This document shows, piece after piece, positions 37,195 through 47,339 of a stretch of DNA of 64,000 nucleotides. Within the stretch, counting starts at the first letter, position 1; each line of letters starts with the position of its first letter. The stretch covers positions 576,001-640,000 of the forward strand of contig OZ223269.1 in NCBI GenBank assembly GCA_965140585.1, written 5' to 3'. Source of the DNA: Spirochaetia bacterium. Lineage in GTDB: Bacteria > Spirochaetota > Spirochaetia > UBA9216. Position numbers and translations under genes: made by a program. Below the pieces are notes generated by a model that worked only from the letters and a program-made list of their open reading frames with translations, was not told the DNA's origin and did no database searches.

Positions 37195-38919
37195 TTAGCT
37201 GATTAGAGATTTTAAAAAAAACTTAATCTCATCCTCGCTTGTCATTAATAATACCTTATCTGCCGCATTTTTGCAGTCAGAATATTTCAAACTTCTAATA
37301 ATTGATATTGCTTCGGGAATCATTGAAGCAGTCATACTTAATTCATCAATACCAAGCCCAATAAGCAGAGGAATTGCAAGAGCATTCCCTCCAAGTTCTC
37401 CGCAGACTCCAGCCCATTTCCCATTTTTATGTGCGGCTTCGGCAGTCTGGTTGATGGCTCGGAAAACTGCAGGACTGAACATTCGGTAATAGGATGACAC
37501 ATCCTCATTTATACGGTCCGCACACAGAAGATACTGGGTTAAGTCATTTGTTCCGAGGCTTATAAAATCACCCTCCCTGGTAAGGAGGTCAGACAGCAGA
37601 ACTGCAGCAGGGGTTTCAACCATAGTTCCGATTTCAACTGATTCAGAAAATTTGATTCCGGACTCAGACAGCTCTGATCTGATTTCTGTAATTAGTTTTT
37701 TAGCTTCAATAAGTTCCGAAAGATCGGCGACCATCGGAAACATAATTTTAATATTTCCAAATACCGATGCTCTTAATATTGCTCTCAGCTGAGTTCTAAA
37801 TATTTCACGGTATTTTAAACTGACCCGGATTCCCCGCAAGCCGAGAAATGGATTTTCCTCCTCAGGCAGTTCAAAACACTTCACTTCCTTGTCTCCGCCG
37901 ATATCGAGAGTTCGTACTATCAGCATTCCACCGTCAAGTTTCTCTGCAGCTGATTTATAAAAATTAAACTGTTTCTCTTCATCCGGTAGTACCGTGGTAT
38001 CAAGAAAGAAAAACTCCGTTCGAAGAAGTCCCACACTTTTTGCCCCGAAGGTCAGTGCATTATCCAAATCTTCTATAGAGCCTATATTAGCGGATAGTAT
38101 TATTTCCCTACCATCCTCGGTAACCGGCTTAAGATTTTTCATTAAGCCGATCTTGGCGGTATGCTCTCTCTGTTTTATAAGCTTATTATTAAAGCTGTTT
38201 CTTTCTTCTGCAGAAGGTGAGGTGAAAATAACGGCTTTTTCAGGATCTGTTGTATCAAGGAAAGCTTCTTCGCCATGCTGAATCTTTGAGCAAATTCCTG
38301 AAACTCCGACCGCTGCAGGTATGCCCAGACTCTTGGACAGAATTGCAACATGTGATGTTACTCCGCCTTTTTCGGTTATAATACCGGCTGTATTGGCCCT
38401 GTTCATCTTTGCGGTATCCGAAGGCATCAAATCTTCAGCAATAACTATTGATTCAGGTGGAACTTCTGCAAGGCTGCTTTCAGGCAGACCAAGCAGATTC
38501 CTGAGAATCCTTGTATAAACATCATTGAGATCCGCGAGTCTTTGCCGGTTGTAGTCATCCTCATCCATGCAGCTGAAAGCCTCAGAATATCCTTCAAATA
38601 TCATTTTCAATGCGGCTTCTGCACAAATATGTTCGTCAGTTATTATTTCTGCTATTTCAGACTTAAACTCGTCATCTTCAATCATTGTCATCTGGGCTCT
38701 GAAGATATGTCCGTAATCTTCACCCAGCTCATCTGAGAATGAATCCTTAATCCGGGCAAGTTCACTGAATGCCTGATTAAAGGAGCTGTTTAGACGATTA
38801 ATTTCTATATCGGTATCTTTTACTGTACATGTCTCGAACTCAAGGTTCTGCTGCCTGTACACAAAGGCTCTGCCTGTGCAGAGCCCGCCGGATGCACTTC
38901 TTCCTGTAAATAGATTCAT
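37195..38919 (-). CDS. ptsI: PTS enzyme I (PEP-protein phosphotransferase)
   Basis: GGVTSHVAI, GLLRTEF, RTLDIGGDK, EENPFLGLRG, MVETPAA, GTNDLTQY, CGELG. Confidence 0.95.
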   Translation of the reverse strand: MNLFTGRSASGGLCTGRAFVYRQQNLEFETCTVKDTDIEINRLNSSFNQAFSELARIKDSFSDELGEDYGHIFRAQMTMIEDDEFKSEIAEIITDEHICAEAALKMIFEGYSEAFSCMDEDDYNRQRLADLNDVYTRILRNLLGLPESSLAEVPPESIVIAEDLMPSDTAKMNRANTAGIITEKGGVTSHVAILSKSLGIPAAVGVSGICSKIQHGEEAFLDTTDPEKAVIFTSPSAEERNSFNNKLIKQREHTAKIGLMKNLKPVTEDGREIILSANIGSIEDLDNALTFGAKSVGLLRTEFFFLDTTVLPDEEKQFNFYKSAAEKLDGGMLIVRTLDIGGDKEVKCFELPEEENPFLGLRGIRVSLKYREIFRTQLRAILRASVFGNIKIMFPMVADLSELIEAKKLITEIRSELSESGIKFSESVEIGTMVETPAAVLLSDLLTREGDFISLGTNDLTQYLLCADRINEDVSSYYRMFSPAVFRAINQTAEAAHKNGKWAGVCGELGGNALAIPLLIGLGIDELSMTASMIPEAISIIRSLKYSDCKNAADKVLLMTSEDEIKFFLKSLIS

Positions 38920-39402
38920 TTATTCAGCCTTTAAGTTCTTTCCGACGTTGGTTTTTAATATTTCGTAGATTTCAGTTTCATCAGAAGAATCAACAAGGGC
39001 CTGGAGAACATCATTGTCCTGATATGTTGTGATAAGGGTTTCAAGCAAGTCGCCTATCTTCTTCTTCTCTTTCAGTGCAAACATCGAAATAAGTCTGACA
39101 GGTATTTTTTCCTCAGGTGCTCCCATAACAGAAAATTCAACTTCATTGTTAAGTCTGGCAAAACAGATAACAGACTGATTTACATGATCTGCATCAGTAT
39201 GAGGTATCGCTATCTTGAGTATTTCCATCGGAAGGCCTGAAGGATAATTGGCTTCCCTGTCCTGGATTGCCTGTATATATGATTCTTTTACATATCCCTT
39301 GTCATACAGATGTCTGGCCATTATGTCCAGTGCGGCTTCTTTGGAGGGGACTTCAATATTCCCTAGGATGCAGTCTTCTTTTAATATATCTTCAATTTTC
39401 AT
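38920..39402 (-). CDS. gatA: PTS galactitol-family EIIA
   Basis: REANYPSGL, IAIPHTD phospho-His motif. Confidence 0.88.
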   Translation of the reverse strand: MKIEDILKEDCILGNIEVPSKEAALDIMARHLYDKGYVKESYIQAIQDREANYPSGLPMEILKIAIPHTDADHVNQSVICFARLNNEVEFSVMGAPEEKIPVRLISMFALKEKKKIGDLLETLITTYQDNDVLQALVDSSDETEIYEILKTNVGKNLKAE

Positions 39403-39422
39403 GTTTACCCCTCAGTTGGAAA

Positions 39423-39440
39423 CCCGCCCCGAAGGGCGGG
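39423..39440 (-). other. cUUCGg tetraloop hairpin between gatC and gatA
   Basis: Minus strand CCCGCCC-TTCG-GGGCGGG. Confidence 0.6.
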
Positions 39441-39449
39441 AGATTATTT

Positions 39450-40847
39450 TTATTCTGTTTTTTCTGCGTCGTATCCTGCAATTTTATGCATGGCTTCAGG
39501 TTTCTTTTTAAGGATTACCCAGAGCACTACAATTACAGCTACTATAATTATATTTCCGACCCAGAAATACTTTGAAGCAGCAAGAAAAAGTGCTGAAATC
39601 CAGTTTCCGCCGTCACATATTGATGTAATAAGATTTGCACCTTCAGGAAGGGTAAAATCTGCAGCGATTGCAGCGGCTGTTGTACCTTCAGCAAGATAAT
39701 TCATTATATATATGGAAGGAATCATAAAAATTGTAGAAACCACAACAGATCTGAATACGTTAGCCTTAACAATAGGAATTACCATTGCAACAAGAAAGGG
39801 GATAACTGCAAGGTCGCCGAAAGGAATAACCTTGTTTCCGGGAAGTATTATTGCAAGAATGAGAGTAATAGGAACCATCAGAAGACCGGTAGCAATAGCA
39901 GTAGGATGGCCTACTATGATTGCAGAATCGAGTCCGATGTAAATTTCCCTGTCTCCGGCTTTTTTCTGAAGAAAATCTCTGGCTGCATCAGATAGCGGTA
40001 TAAGACCTTCCATCAGAAGTGAAACCATTCGAGGCATAAGAACCATAACGGCACCGAGAGATATAGCGGTTGAAAGCATTTTTCCAAGCCAGTCAGTCCA
40101 GGGGCCGACACCAAGGTAGGCCACTGCTGAGAGAATAAGACCAATCATAACACCCATTATGAGAGGTTCACCCATAAGTCCGAATTTCTTTTTAACAGTG
40201 TCAGGATCACCCTTTATGTCCTTGATACCGGGGATGACATCAATAATTTTATTTATGATAATTGCGAATGGCACAGGTGCAGCTGAAAATGCGTGGGGAA
40301 TAGATATTCCCGGAAGCCCCATAGTCTGCTGAATAGCAGGCGCGGTCCAGTCTGCAAAAAACAGCAGAGCGGCTGCTACAATAAGAGCTGAGATAAGTCC
40401 GTACCAGATGTTGCCGGTTGCCCACTGTACAAGTCCGCCGACGAAAGCAAAATGCCAGAAGTTCCAGATATCAATGTTGATTGTTTTTGTTACCCTGGTA
40501 AAAAGGAGCAGAAGGTTCAAAAGTATACCCGCAGGAATTATAAGGGTAGAAATTTTTGAACCGAATGCGATAGACGCACAGGCAGGCCAGCCGACATCAA
40601 TAATATCAAGCTGCAGCCCGAAACGCTCTACCATTGACTGGGAAACAGGTCCGATATTGCTGGACAGTAACCCGATAATGAGATTAAGACCAATAAAACC
40701 AACACCGAACATTAGTGATGATCTTATTGCTTTCCCTGGTTTCGCCCCGAATATAATTGAAATTATAAACAGGATGATCGGGAGGAGGACAGATGCTCCG
40801 AGGCCGAGAAAAAAATCGACCACTGATTGTAATGCACCAAGTTCCAT
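39450..40847 (-). CDS. gatC: PTS galactitol-family EIIC
   Basis: DVGWP, NIDIWNFWH, GISIPH, LMEGLIPLS, IGLDSA, LPGN...PFGDL; ATG 40847 after AGGAG. Confidence 0.92.
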   Translation of the reverse strand: MELGALQSVVDFFLGLGASVLLPIILFIISIIFGAKPGKAIRSSLMFGVGFIGLNLIIGLLSSNIGPVSQSMVERFGLQLDIIDVGWPACASIAFGSKISTLIIPAGILLNLLLLFTRVTKTINIDIWNFWHFAFVGGLVQWATGNIWYGLISALIVAAALLFFADWTAPAIQQTMGLPGISIPHAFSAAPVPFAIIINKIIDVIPGIKDIKGDPDTVKKKFGLMGEPLIMGVMIGLILSAVAYLGVGPWTDWLGKMLSTAISLGAVMVLMPRMVSLLMEGLIPLSDAARDFLQKKAGDREIYIGLDSAIIVGHPTAIATGLLMVPITLILAIILPGNKVIPFGDLAVIPFLVAMVIPIVKANVFRSVVVSTIFMIPSIYIMNYLAEGTTAAAIAADFTLPEGANLITSICDGGNWISALFLAASKYFWVGNIIIVAVIVVLWVILKKKPEAMHKIAGYDAEKTE

Positions 40848-40979
40848 ATTTTCTCCTTTTCTAATCAAAATTTAATTCAGGATAAACCCGAAAAATTGAT
40901 CTGTCAAAGAAAAATGCAAATATAAAACTTTAAAATGCAAAATTATTGCAAAAAACAGACTTAGAAGTAATAAAACCCG

Positions 40980-42170
40980 CTATACAGGAAGTTCCCTGAC
41001 TATTTTATCAATATTCCAGCCTTCATTTACTGCTTTTTCATAAATCTTGGCCCTTGGTTTATCATTGGTCATAATTACCCCGGCTGCAGCAGATTCTTTA
41101 AAAAACCATCGCTGTTGAACTGAGGTTCCAATGAAGGATTCAAATTGCAAGTTGCCAGCGGCAGAATAATTCTGACTGAAGAAGAAACTTCCGAATAATT
41201 CACATTTCAGCCTGAAAGTTTTACTTCCTATTGATTCTTTTTTACCGCACATATTGTTCCCCGCAGTTATTCCCATGTATTCTGCAGAATGCCATAGCCC
41301 GGCAGGGTTCTGTAATCCGTACTGTGCACAATCTCCGGCTGCAAATATTCCAGGAACACTGGTTTCACAGTGTTCATTAACAACAATGCCTTTGTCGGTT
41401 TTTAATCTGGCATTTTTTGCAAGCAGCGTCCGGGCTTCAATTCCGCAGGATGTGACAAGTAAATCTGAGTGGAGCCGCTTTTCTCCAATACTGATTTCAT
41501 ACCCCGGTTTAGCGCTCCAGGAAATATTATAAGCATCTGTAGACAGGTAGAGGTTAACTCCTTTCCCTGTAAGAAGATTTTCAATTTCACGGCTGTAATC
41601 TGCAGGGAAATATTTCTTTAACAGATGGTTGTTCCGGCAGATAAGGTTAACTTCTTTTTCTTTCAGAATGCACTGCTCCGCTATTTCTGCACTCTGAACA
41701 CCTCCTCCGATAATCGTGACTGATTCGGCATCGTTGAGTTTATTCATGAAGTTTATTGTCTCTGTCTTTGTTCTGATATAATACGAGGGTACTCCGCTCG
41801 ATTTTATAAAATCAGGAATTAGTGGATCTGCTCCTGTGGCAAGCAGAAGGCTGCCGTAGCTGATGATTTTATCACCGTTGAGAATCACTTTTTTATCCGG
41901 AATCAGAATGGAATCGACAGAAACTCCTGAGATATATTCTATTCGGTTTTCGGCATACCATTCCTCCGGATGAAGCAGGAAGTCTGTTTCACTGAATCCC
42001 TCCGCGATATGTTTATCAATATTTGTGCGTTTGTAAGGATGACCAGCTTCAGATGAAATCATCAGGATATCAGCATCACTATTTAAAGTTCTGATTGTTT
42101 CTGCTGCTCTGGTGCCTGCTATCCCGGAGCCGATTATTATATGATCGTATATGGTTCTCAAATTCAACAT
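40980..42170 (-). CDS. NAD(P)/FAD-dependent oxidoreductase (rubredoxin reductase/NirB-N-like)
   Basis: IIGSGIAG, LLLATG, IIGGG-x3-E, GIFAAGDCA. Confidence 0.85.
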   Translation of the reverse strand: MLNLRTIYDHIIIGSGIAGTRAAETIRTLNSDADILMISSEAGHPYKRTNIDKHIAEGFSETDFLLHPEEWYAENRIEYISGVSVDSILIPDKKVILNGDKIISYGSLLLATGADPLIPDFIKSSGVPSYYIRTKTETINFMNKLNDAESVTIIGGGVQSAEIAEQCILKEKEVNLICRNNHLLKKYFPADYSREIENLLTGKGVNLYLSTDAYNISWSAKPGYEISIGEKRLHSDLLVTSCGIEARTLLAKNARLKTDKGIVVNEHCETSVPGIFAAGDCAQYGLQNPAGLWHSAEYMGITAGNNMCGKKESIGSKTFRLKCELFGSFFFSQNYSAAGNLQFESFIGTSVQQRWFFKESAAAGVIMTNDKPRAKIYEKAVNEGWNIDKIVRELPV

Positions 42171-42227
42171 ATGCTTAATATAAGATCTGAAATATTCTTT
42201 ATCAAGAAAACTATGAACAGAAAAAAA

Positions 42228-43568
42228 TTATAGGTTAATCTGTATAATACAGTTAAAGCCGGCGCCCTCCGGAAAATCAATACTGCCGTTAAGCTGTCTT
42301 GTAACAATGGAATCAAGAAGTCTTAACCCTAATGTAATGCCGCCGGCCTCAGACGGGGGAGTGCTAAGTCCGGGACCGTTATCTGAATAGCTTATAAGTA
42401 CTGCAGTTTCAGAGGTTTTATTTAACGAAAATCGGATTTCAGGGTTTTCAACATTGGAAAAAGCATGTTTTATAGAGTTTGTTACAAGCTCTACAATTAT
42501 TAGTCCAAGCTGAATTGATTCATCTATTTTCATATTTATTTCATCTATATCGGTTTTACAGGTAATCCGCTTGTCTTTCGGATTATAACCCGATACAAGT
42601 TTTTCAAATAACTCTCCGCAGTAATGCTTCAAATTTACTTCGGAAAGGTTGTCTGAACGATAAAGCATTGTATGAACCATAGACATGGCAGATATACGGC
42701 TTTCCGTTTCTTTTAGAACTTCCTGAATATCCGGGTTATCTTCCAGCCTCTGCGCCTGTAGAGCGAGCATTGAGTGAATTATCTGCATGTTGTTTTTGGT
42801 CCGGTGATGAAGCTCTCTCAAAAGTGTCTCTTTGTCATCAAGAGCTTTAGTTATGATTAAATATGATGAAGATATTCTGGTATACATTGTATTTAGTATG
42901 GCAGTAATATCATCAAGTTCATCATTTCCGGCTTTTATATTTTTATCCCGTTTTAAAATAAGTTTTTCCCCGGGCGGGTTGTCCAGCTCAATATTACCGA
43001 TAAATGATGTAATATAGCGGAGATGTCTGAATACCTGTCTGTCGATAATTAGAAAAATAAAGGCACCAAGTAAAAGCGATCTGATAAGATTCAGTCCAAG
43101 ACTTGTGAGAAATCTCTGTACCCGTATTGACTGAATTGGTTCAAGTGAAGCATACAGCTTCATAATCCCGAGTTCTCGCTCTTCACCCATAAAAACATAG
43201 GTCAGTTTCCACTCCCTTTCAAGGTAATCAGACCTGGGCATGATTCCTGAATAGTAGCGGATAAATGTTTCATCTCCGATTATTTCAGAGATCTCCAGAA
43301 AATTAAATTCCGGAATACTCGTTATTCCATCCAGCATCAGTGAGACCTGCTGGTTATCCAGATAGAAAAGACTGTAGTTTATAGTTGGGAGAAAACTGTT
43401 CTCAACGATGGTAAACAGATTTTTAATTCTTTTTAAATCTCTTCTGTAATCAAGATTGACCTGTATTGCTGTAAAAATGACTGAAAACAGCAGACTGCAG
43501 AAAATAATGATGAGTGTAGTTTTGCCGGTTAAACCGCTGAGTATGTAATTTCTGTTTACTTTTTTCAA
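42228..43568 (-). CDS. Membrane sensor histidine kinase (HisKA_2 type)
   Basis: Two TM segments, HAMP-like DELDD, RELHHRTKNNMQ, ELVTNSIKHAF, DNGPG, LGL. Confidence 0.9.
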   Translation of the reverse strand: MKKVNRNYILSGLTGKTTLIIIFCSLLFSVIFTAIQVNLDYRRDLKRIKNLFTIVENSFLPTINYSLFYLDNQQVSLMLDGITSIPEFNFLEISEIIGDETFIRYYSGIMPRSDYLEREWKLTYVFMGEERELGIMKLYASLEPIQSIRVQRFLTSLGLNLIRSLLLGAFIFLIIDRQVFRHLRYITSFIGNIELDNPPGEKLILKRDKNIKAGNDELDDITAILNTMYTRISSSYLIITKALDDKETLLRELHHRTKNNMQIIHSMLALQAQRLEDNPDIQEVLKETESRISAMSMVHTMLYRSDNLSEVNLKHYCGELFEKLVSGYNPKDKRITCKTDIDEINMKIDESIQLGLIIVELVTNSIKHAFSNVENPEIRFSLNKTSETAVLISYSDNGPGLSTPPSEAGGITLGLRLLDSIVTRQLNGSIDFPEGAGFNCIIQINL

Positions 43569-44710
43569 TTTTTATATGGCTCCCCGGTGATGTTCAGCAG
43601 TTTAAAATAATTACTTAGTGAGAAATCGTAATGAGGTTTCTCCGGATTAAAAATTTTGGAGAAAGTTTTAAAATCGATTGCAGCATAATCAGTATATAAA
43701 CGGTTTATATCGTTATAATTTTTAAAATCGGCACCTATTATTTCCGGGATGATTATAGTGCCGGTGTCTGAGGAGAAATCAATTCCATTAAGATAATCAT
43801 AAATATAGACAAGAATTTCCGCCCAATAGAGCATACTGCTTCCAAATGTGCATGAGATGTTTCCGTAACGTATGTGTTTCAGGCCCTCAGATGATAAGTC
43901 ACAGCCTCCTGTAAGCAGTTTACGGTTATGTAACGTCTGATATGTATAGATTGCATCCGAAGCTCCTATTGCAAGCTGGTCACTTGCAGCCCATACGACA
44001 TTAACATCCTGGTATCTCTGCAGAAGGGTATAGGTTTTTTCCCGTCCGTCATTTCTGCTCCAGAAAGTAGGCGCTGTCTGATAAAGCTGGGCACTGGGAG
44101 ATTCTGATACTGCCTGAAGAAGCCCCATCTCTCTTAATTCTGAACCATACCAGCCTTTATCTCCGTTAAGACCAATTATCTTTACTGAGCCATCCTCTGC
44201 TGTTAGACCTTGCATAAGAGAGTTTTTGATAAGATATTTTGTAAGCAGATATGCTTTCTTCTGCTCATCCTGATAAAAATAACCTATCCAGTGTTTATAT
44301 TTTCTTCGCGGAATGGAACCGATTCCTGCCAGCTCATCCGGAGGAAGCGGCCCCTGAATAAGTACAGGAATTTCAAGTGCTTCCGCTGTATCCAGAAGTA
44401 TTTGACTTTGGCCGAATGTAGAGCCTATTACGGCAGCATCAACATGGGGTTCAGCTGATAAGGCATTAACTCCTTCGTTTAATATAGCAAAACGATCATC
44501 GACATTAAATTCATATTTGAGTATTTGAACACCCAGATCTTCTGCTGCTGTTTCCAGAATTCTGTAGACCTGAGGCCAGTACGTATTATTTTCAGATGTT
44601 GAAGTCAGAAAGGCTATTCGCAGAGTTACTGATGGTTCTGCGGCAGTCATTAATAAGGGTACCGAAAATATAAATAAACTAATAATAAAACGCCGGATAT
44701 TTTTAATCAC
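43565..44710 (-). CDS. Periplasmic binding protein (type I, sugar-binding fold)
   Basis: Signal peptide; YWPQV...AAEDLG, WIG, R-x2-G, WAASDQLAIGA, GGCD; overlaps the kinase start. Confidence 0.78.
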   Translation of the reverse strand: MIKNIRRFIISLFIFSVPLLMTAAEPSVTLRIAFLTSTSENNTYWPQVYRILETAAEDLGVQILKYEFNVDDRFAILNEGVNALSAEPHVDAAVIGSTFGQSQILLDTAEALEIPVLIQGPLPPDELAGIGSIPRRKYKHWIGYFYQDEQKKAYLLTKYLIKNSLMQGLTAEDGSVKIIGLNGDKGWYGSELREMGLLQAVSESPSAQLYQTAPTFWSRNDGREKTYTLLQRYQDVNVVWAASDQLAIGASDAIYTYQTLHNRKLLTGGCDLSSEGLKHIRYGNISCTFGSSMLYWAEILVYIYDYLNGIDFSSDTGTIIIPEIIGADFKNYNDINRLYTDYAAIDFKTFSKIFNPEKPHYDFSLSNYFKLLNITGEPYKN

Positions 44711-44873
44711 AACTGATAAAAGTTTAGTGTAAAAATATGATAAAATTCAAATAAAAATTTGAAAAAAATTATTAAAACCATGGATGTGAAATTTGTGTCT
44801 TTTGTACAGTTTTATAAACTAAATAATTCAAGTTTCATTGACCTGTATATAAGTTTTGTTTTAGGTTCAATGT

Positions 44874-45521
44874 ATGAAGTTTAAAGCAGTAATTTTTGAT
44901 CTTGACGGAACATTGCTCAATACGCTCGGGGACATTTCAGATTCAGTTAATTTTGCTCTGGAAAAAAACGGATTATCCCCATATTCCGAGGAAGAATACA
45001 GAAAAATGGTCGGTCACGGCTTAAAGTCACTGGTCAGAGAAGCCCTGGGGTCTGATAATACAGATTTACAGGATAGAGTATATAAACAGCTTATGGTTTA
45101 TTATCGGGAGAATTGTATTAACAGGACTTCAATCTATGATGGAATACCAGAGCTTCTTGATATCCTGACCGATCGCGGTGTATCTATGTCAATTTTATCA
45201 AATAAAGAAGATGAGCTTGTTCAGAAAATCACAGCAAAACTCTTATCCGGGTGGAAATTTGAATATATTCAAGGCACAAAGACTGATATAGCCAGAAAGC
45301 CTGATCCTCAGGCTGCCCTGATTGCCGTGAACCGAATGAATTCCACTATCGAGAATACTCTCTTTATAGGCGACAGTGAGGTAGATATCCAGACTGCAAA
45401 AAATGCCGGTTTAAAATCGGCCGCCGTATGCTGGGGCTTCCGGGATACCAAGCAGCTTAAGCAGTCTTTTCCGGATATTATAGCCCACAGCCCTCATCAT
45501 CTTGCCCGGTTAATATTGTAG
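44874..45521 (+). CDS. HAD family phosphatase (phosphoglycolate phosphatase-like)
   Basis: FDLDGTL, SNK, RKPDP, IGDSEVD, WGFR. Confidence 0.9.
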   Translation: MKFKAVIFDLDGTLLNTLGDISDSVNFALEKNGLSPYSEEEYRKMVGHGLKSLVREALGSDNTDLQDRVYKQLMVYYRENCINRTSIYDGIPELLDILTDRGVSMSILSNKEDELVQKITAKLLSGWKFEYIQGTKTDIARKPDPQAALIAVNRMNSTIENTLFIGDSEVDIQTAKNAGLKSAAVCWGFRDTKQLKQSFPDIIAHSPHHLARLIL

Positions 45522-45593
45522 ATTAAAAAATTGCATCTGATAATTTAAAAAACTATACTTTAAGTCAGTAACGCTTAATCAGTGGAAAACTTA

Positions 45594-47318
45594 ATGTATG
45601 AAAGAATTGTCAAAAGTATAAAACTATTTTACAAATATAAAAATTTCCCGATCATAGTATTGCTCAGTATTTTGGGAGTCTTCATAACAATATAATTCAT
45701 ATTGCTTGAAAAACAGTCTATTGAGGTTGAAAGTAATGCACAGCTTGAAGGTCTTACTGACAGTATTCACAATCAGATTTTAAATAATTTTGACTACTAT
45801 TATGCGATGCTGGAATTGATAGTAAAGTTCTCATTGCAAGATATGGAGTCAACCCCTGGAATCTATGCTCATATTTCCCAACAGCTCCTTGATGTTGTAA
45901 ATCAGCATCCGCAGTTCGATCAACTGAGATACATTGATTCAGAGACAAATGAGCGTATAAGAATTAATCGTGATTCAGGCGATGTATATATTGTCCCGCC
46001 GGAGCAATTACAGAATAAAGGTGATCGTTATTATTTTGCAGAAGCAGTTGCTCAGCCGTTGTGGTCTCTTTATGTGTCTCCAATTGATCTGAATATTGAA
46101 AATGGTAAAATTGAGGAACCATGGATGCCTACAATCTGATTTGCAATTCCTGTTCCTGATCCTGAAACAGGTGAAGCGTCCATTTTTATACTCAACATTG
46201 ACCTTTCCGATCTGTTAAACAGCCTTGATTCAATTTCTGAAGAAAACCGGACGCTTCTTATAAATAAACATGGTTATTATCTTAGGGGAGTAGAGATCTT
46301 CAAACTCTGGGGATTTATGTTTAATAATAATGAAAACCTCAAGACTGATATGCCGGTTTTATGGCGGGAGATTGAAATGCATGATAGCGGTATTCTAACA
46401 CTGCAAAATCAGGTCAATTCCTACCGTCATCTAAAACTGTATAATGAGACAATTGAAAAAAGAATTGATACCGAATATTTAAATGATAAAGTGGAAATGA
46501 TCCTGATCATACAGTCCAGGATCAACTATTTTCACGGGCATTATCTTGATGAATTGCTTATATTGGTTCTAGGTATATCTTTTCAGCTGATTATCTGGAT
46601 TTGGGCTGTAATAGGTGTTGCGCATGAAATAAACACCTCTTTTGGGGCTTCTGTTACTGCCGTGACTGCTGCTTCAGAATATTTAAATCAGTTTTCTAAA
46701 CAGATAAACTCAGGGTATATCAGAAAAGAAAATCTCGACCAATTTATTGAACGTTCTGGTCTCGCATTAAATCTTATAGAAAAAAGTCTTGATAAGCTGT
46801 CAGCAATTGTTATGAAGTTTAAACAGATTCCTTCAGGATTTGAAGACGAACAGATATTGAAAGTAAAATTTCCGGATTTCATATATGACATAATAAAGGC
46901 TATGGAACCGGAGTACCGGGATAAAAAAATCGATATTTCAATATCCTGTGTGAAAAAATTTGAAATCCTGACATATCCGAATGCTCTCTCCAAAGTGGTT
47001 GTTCAGATAATTAACAATTCTGTCAGGCATGGTTTTGAACACAGGGAATCCGGGAATATAAATATAAAAATTGGTATTACAGGCAGACTTGTTACATTCG
47101 TGTTCATGGATAATGGAAAAGGTATATCGAGAGATAACTTAGAAAAAAATTTTGAACCTTTTTACTCTGATGGAAGGAGGATGACAGGCTCCAGTCTTGG
47201 ATTGAATATTATTAACACTATTATTGTTGCATTATTCAGGGGAAAACTTAAAATTAAAAGCAGGGAAGGTCAGTACACCACGATTATCTTTAATTTTCCT
47301 GTTGATTCGAGAAATTAA
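45594..47318 (+). pseudogene. Cache-domain sensor histidine kinase pseudogene
   Basis: One frame from ATG 45594 with in-frame TAA (45693) and TGA (46137, PTI*FAIPV where Arg is expected); YVSPIDLNIE Cache motif, GVAHEINT H-box, NNSVRHGF, DNGKGI, degenerate G2. Confidence 0.8.
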
Positions 47319-47339
47319 ATAGTTTTATAGAGGTTTAGT

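Noticed and set aside
46137-46139. Selenocysteine TGA in the Cache kinase
   Set aside because: The position corresponds to Arg (PTIRF, CGA->TGA), not Cys; no convincing SECIS hairpin; the gene has another stop.
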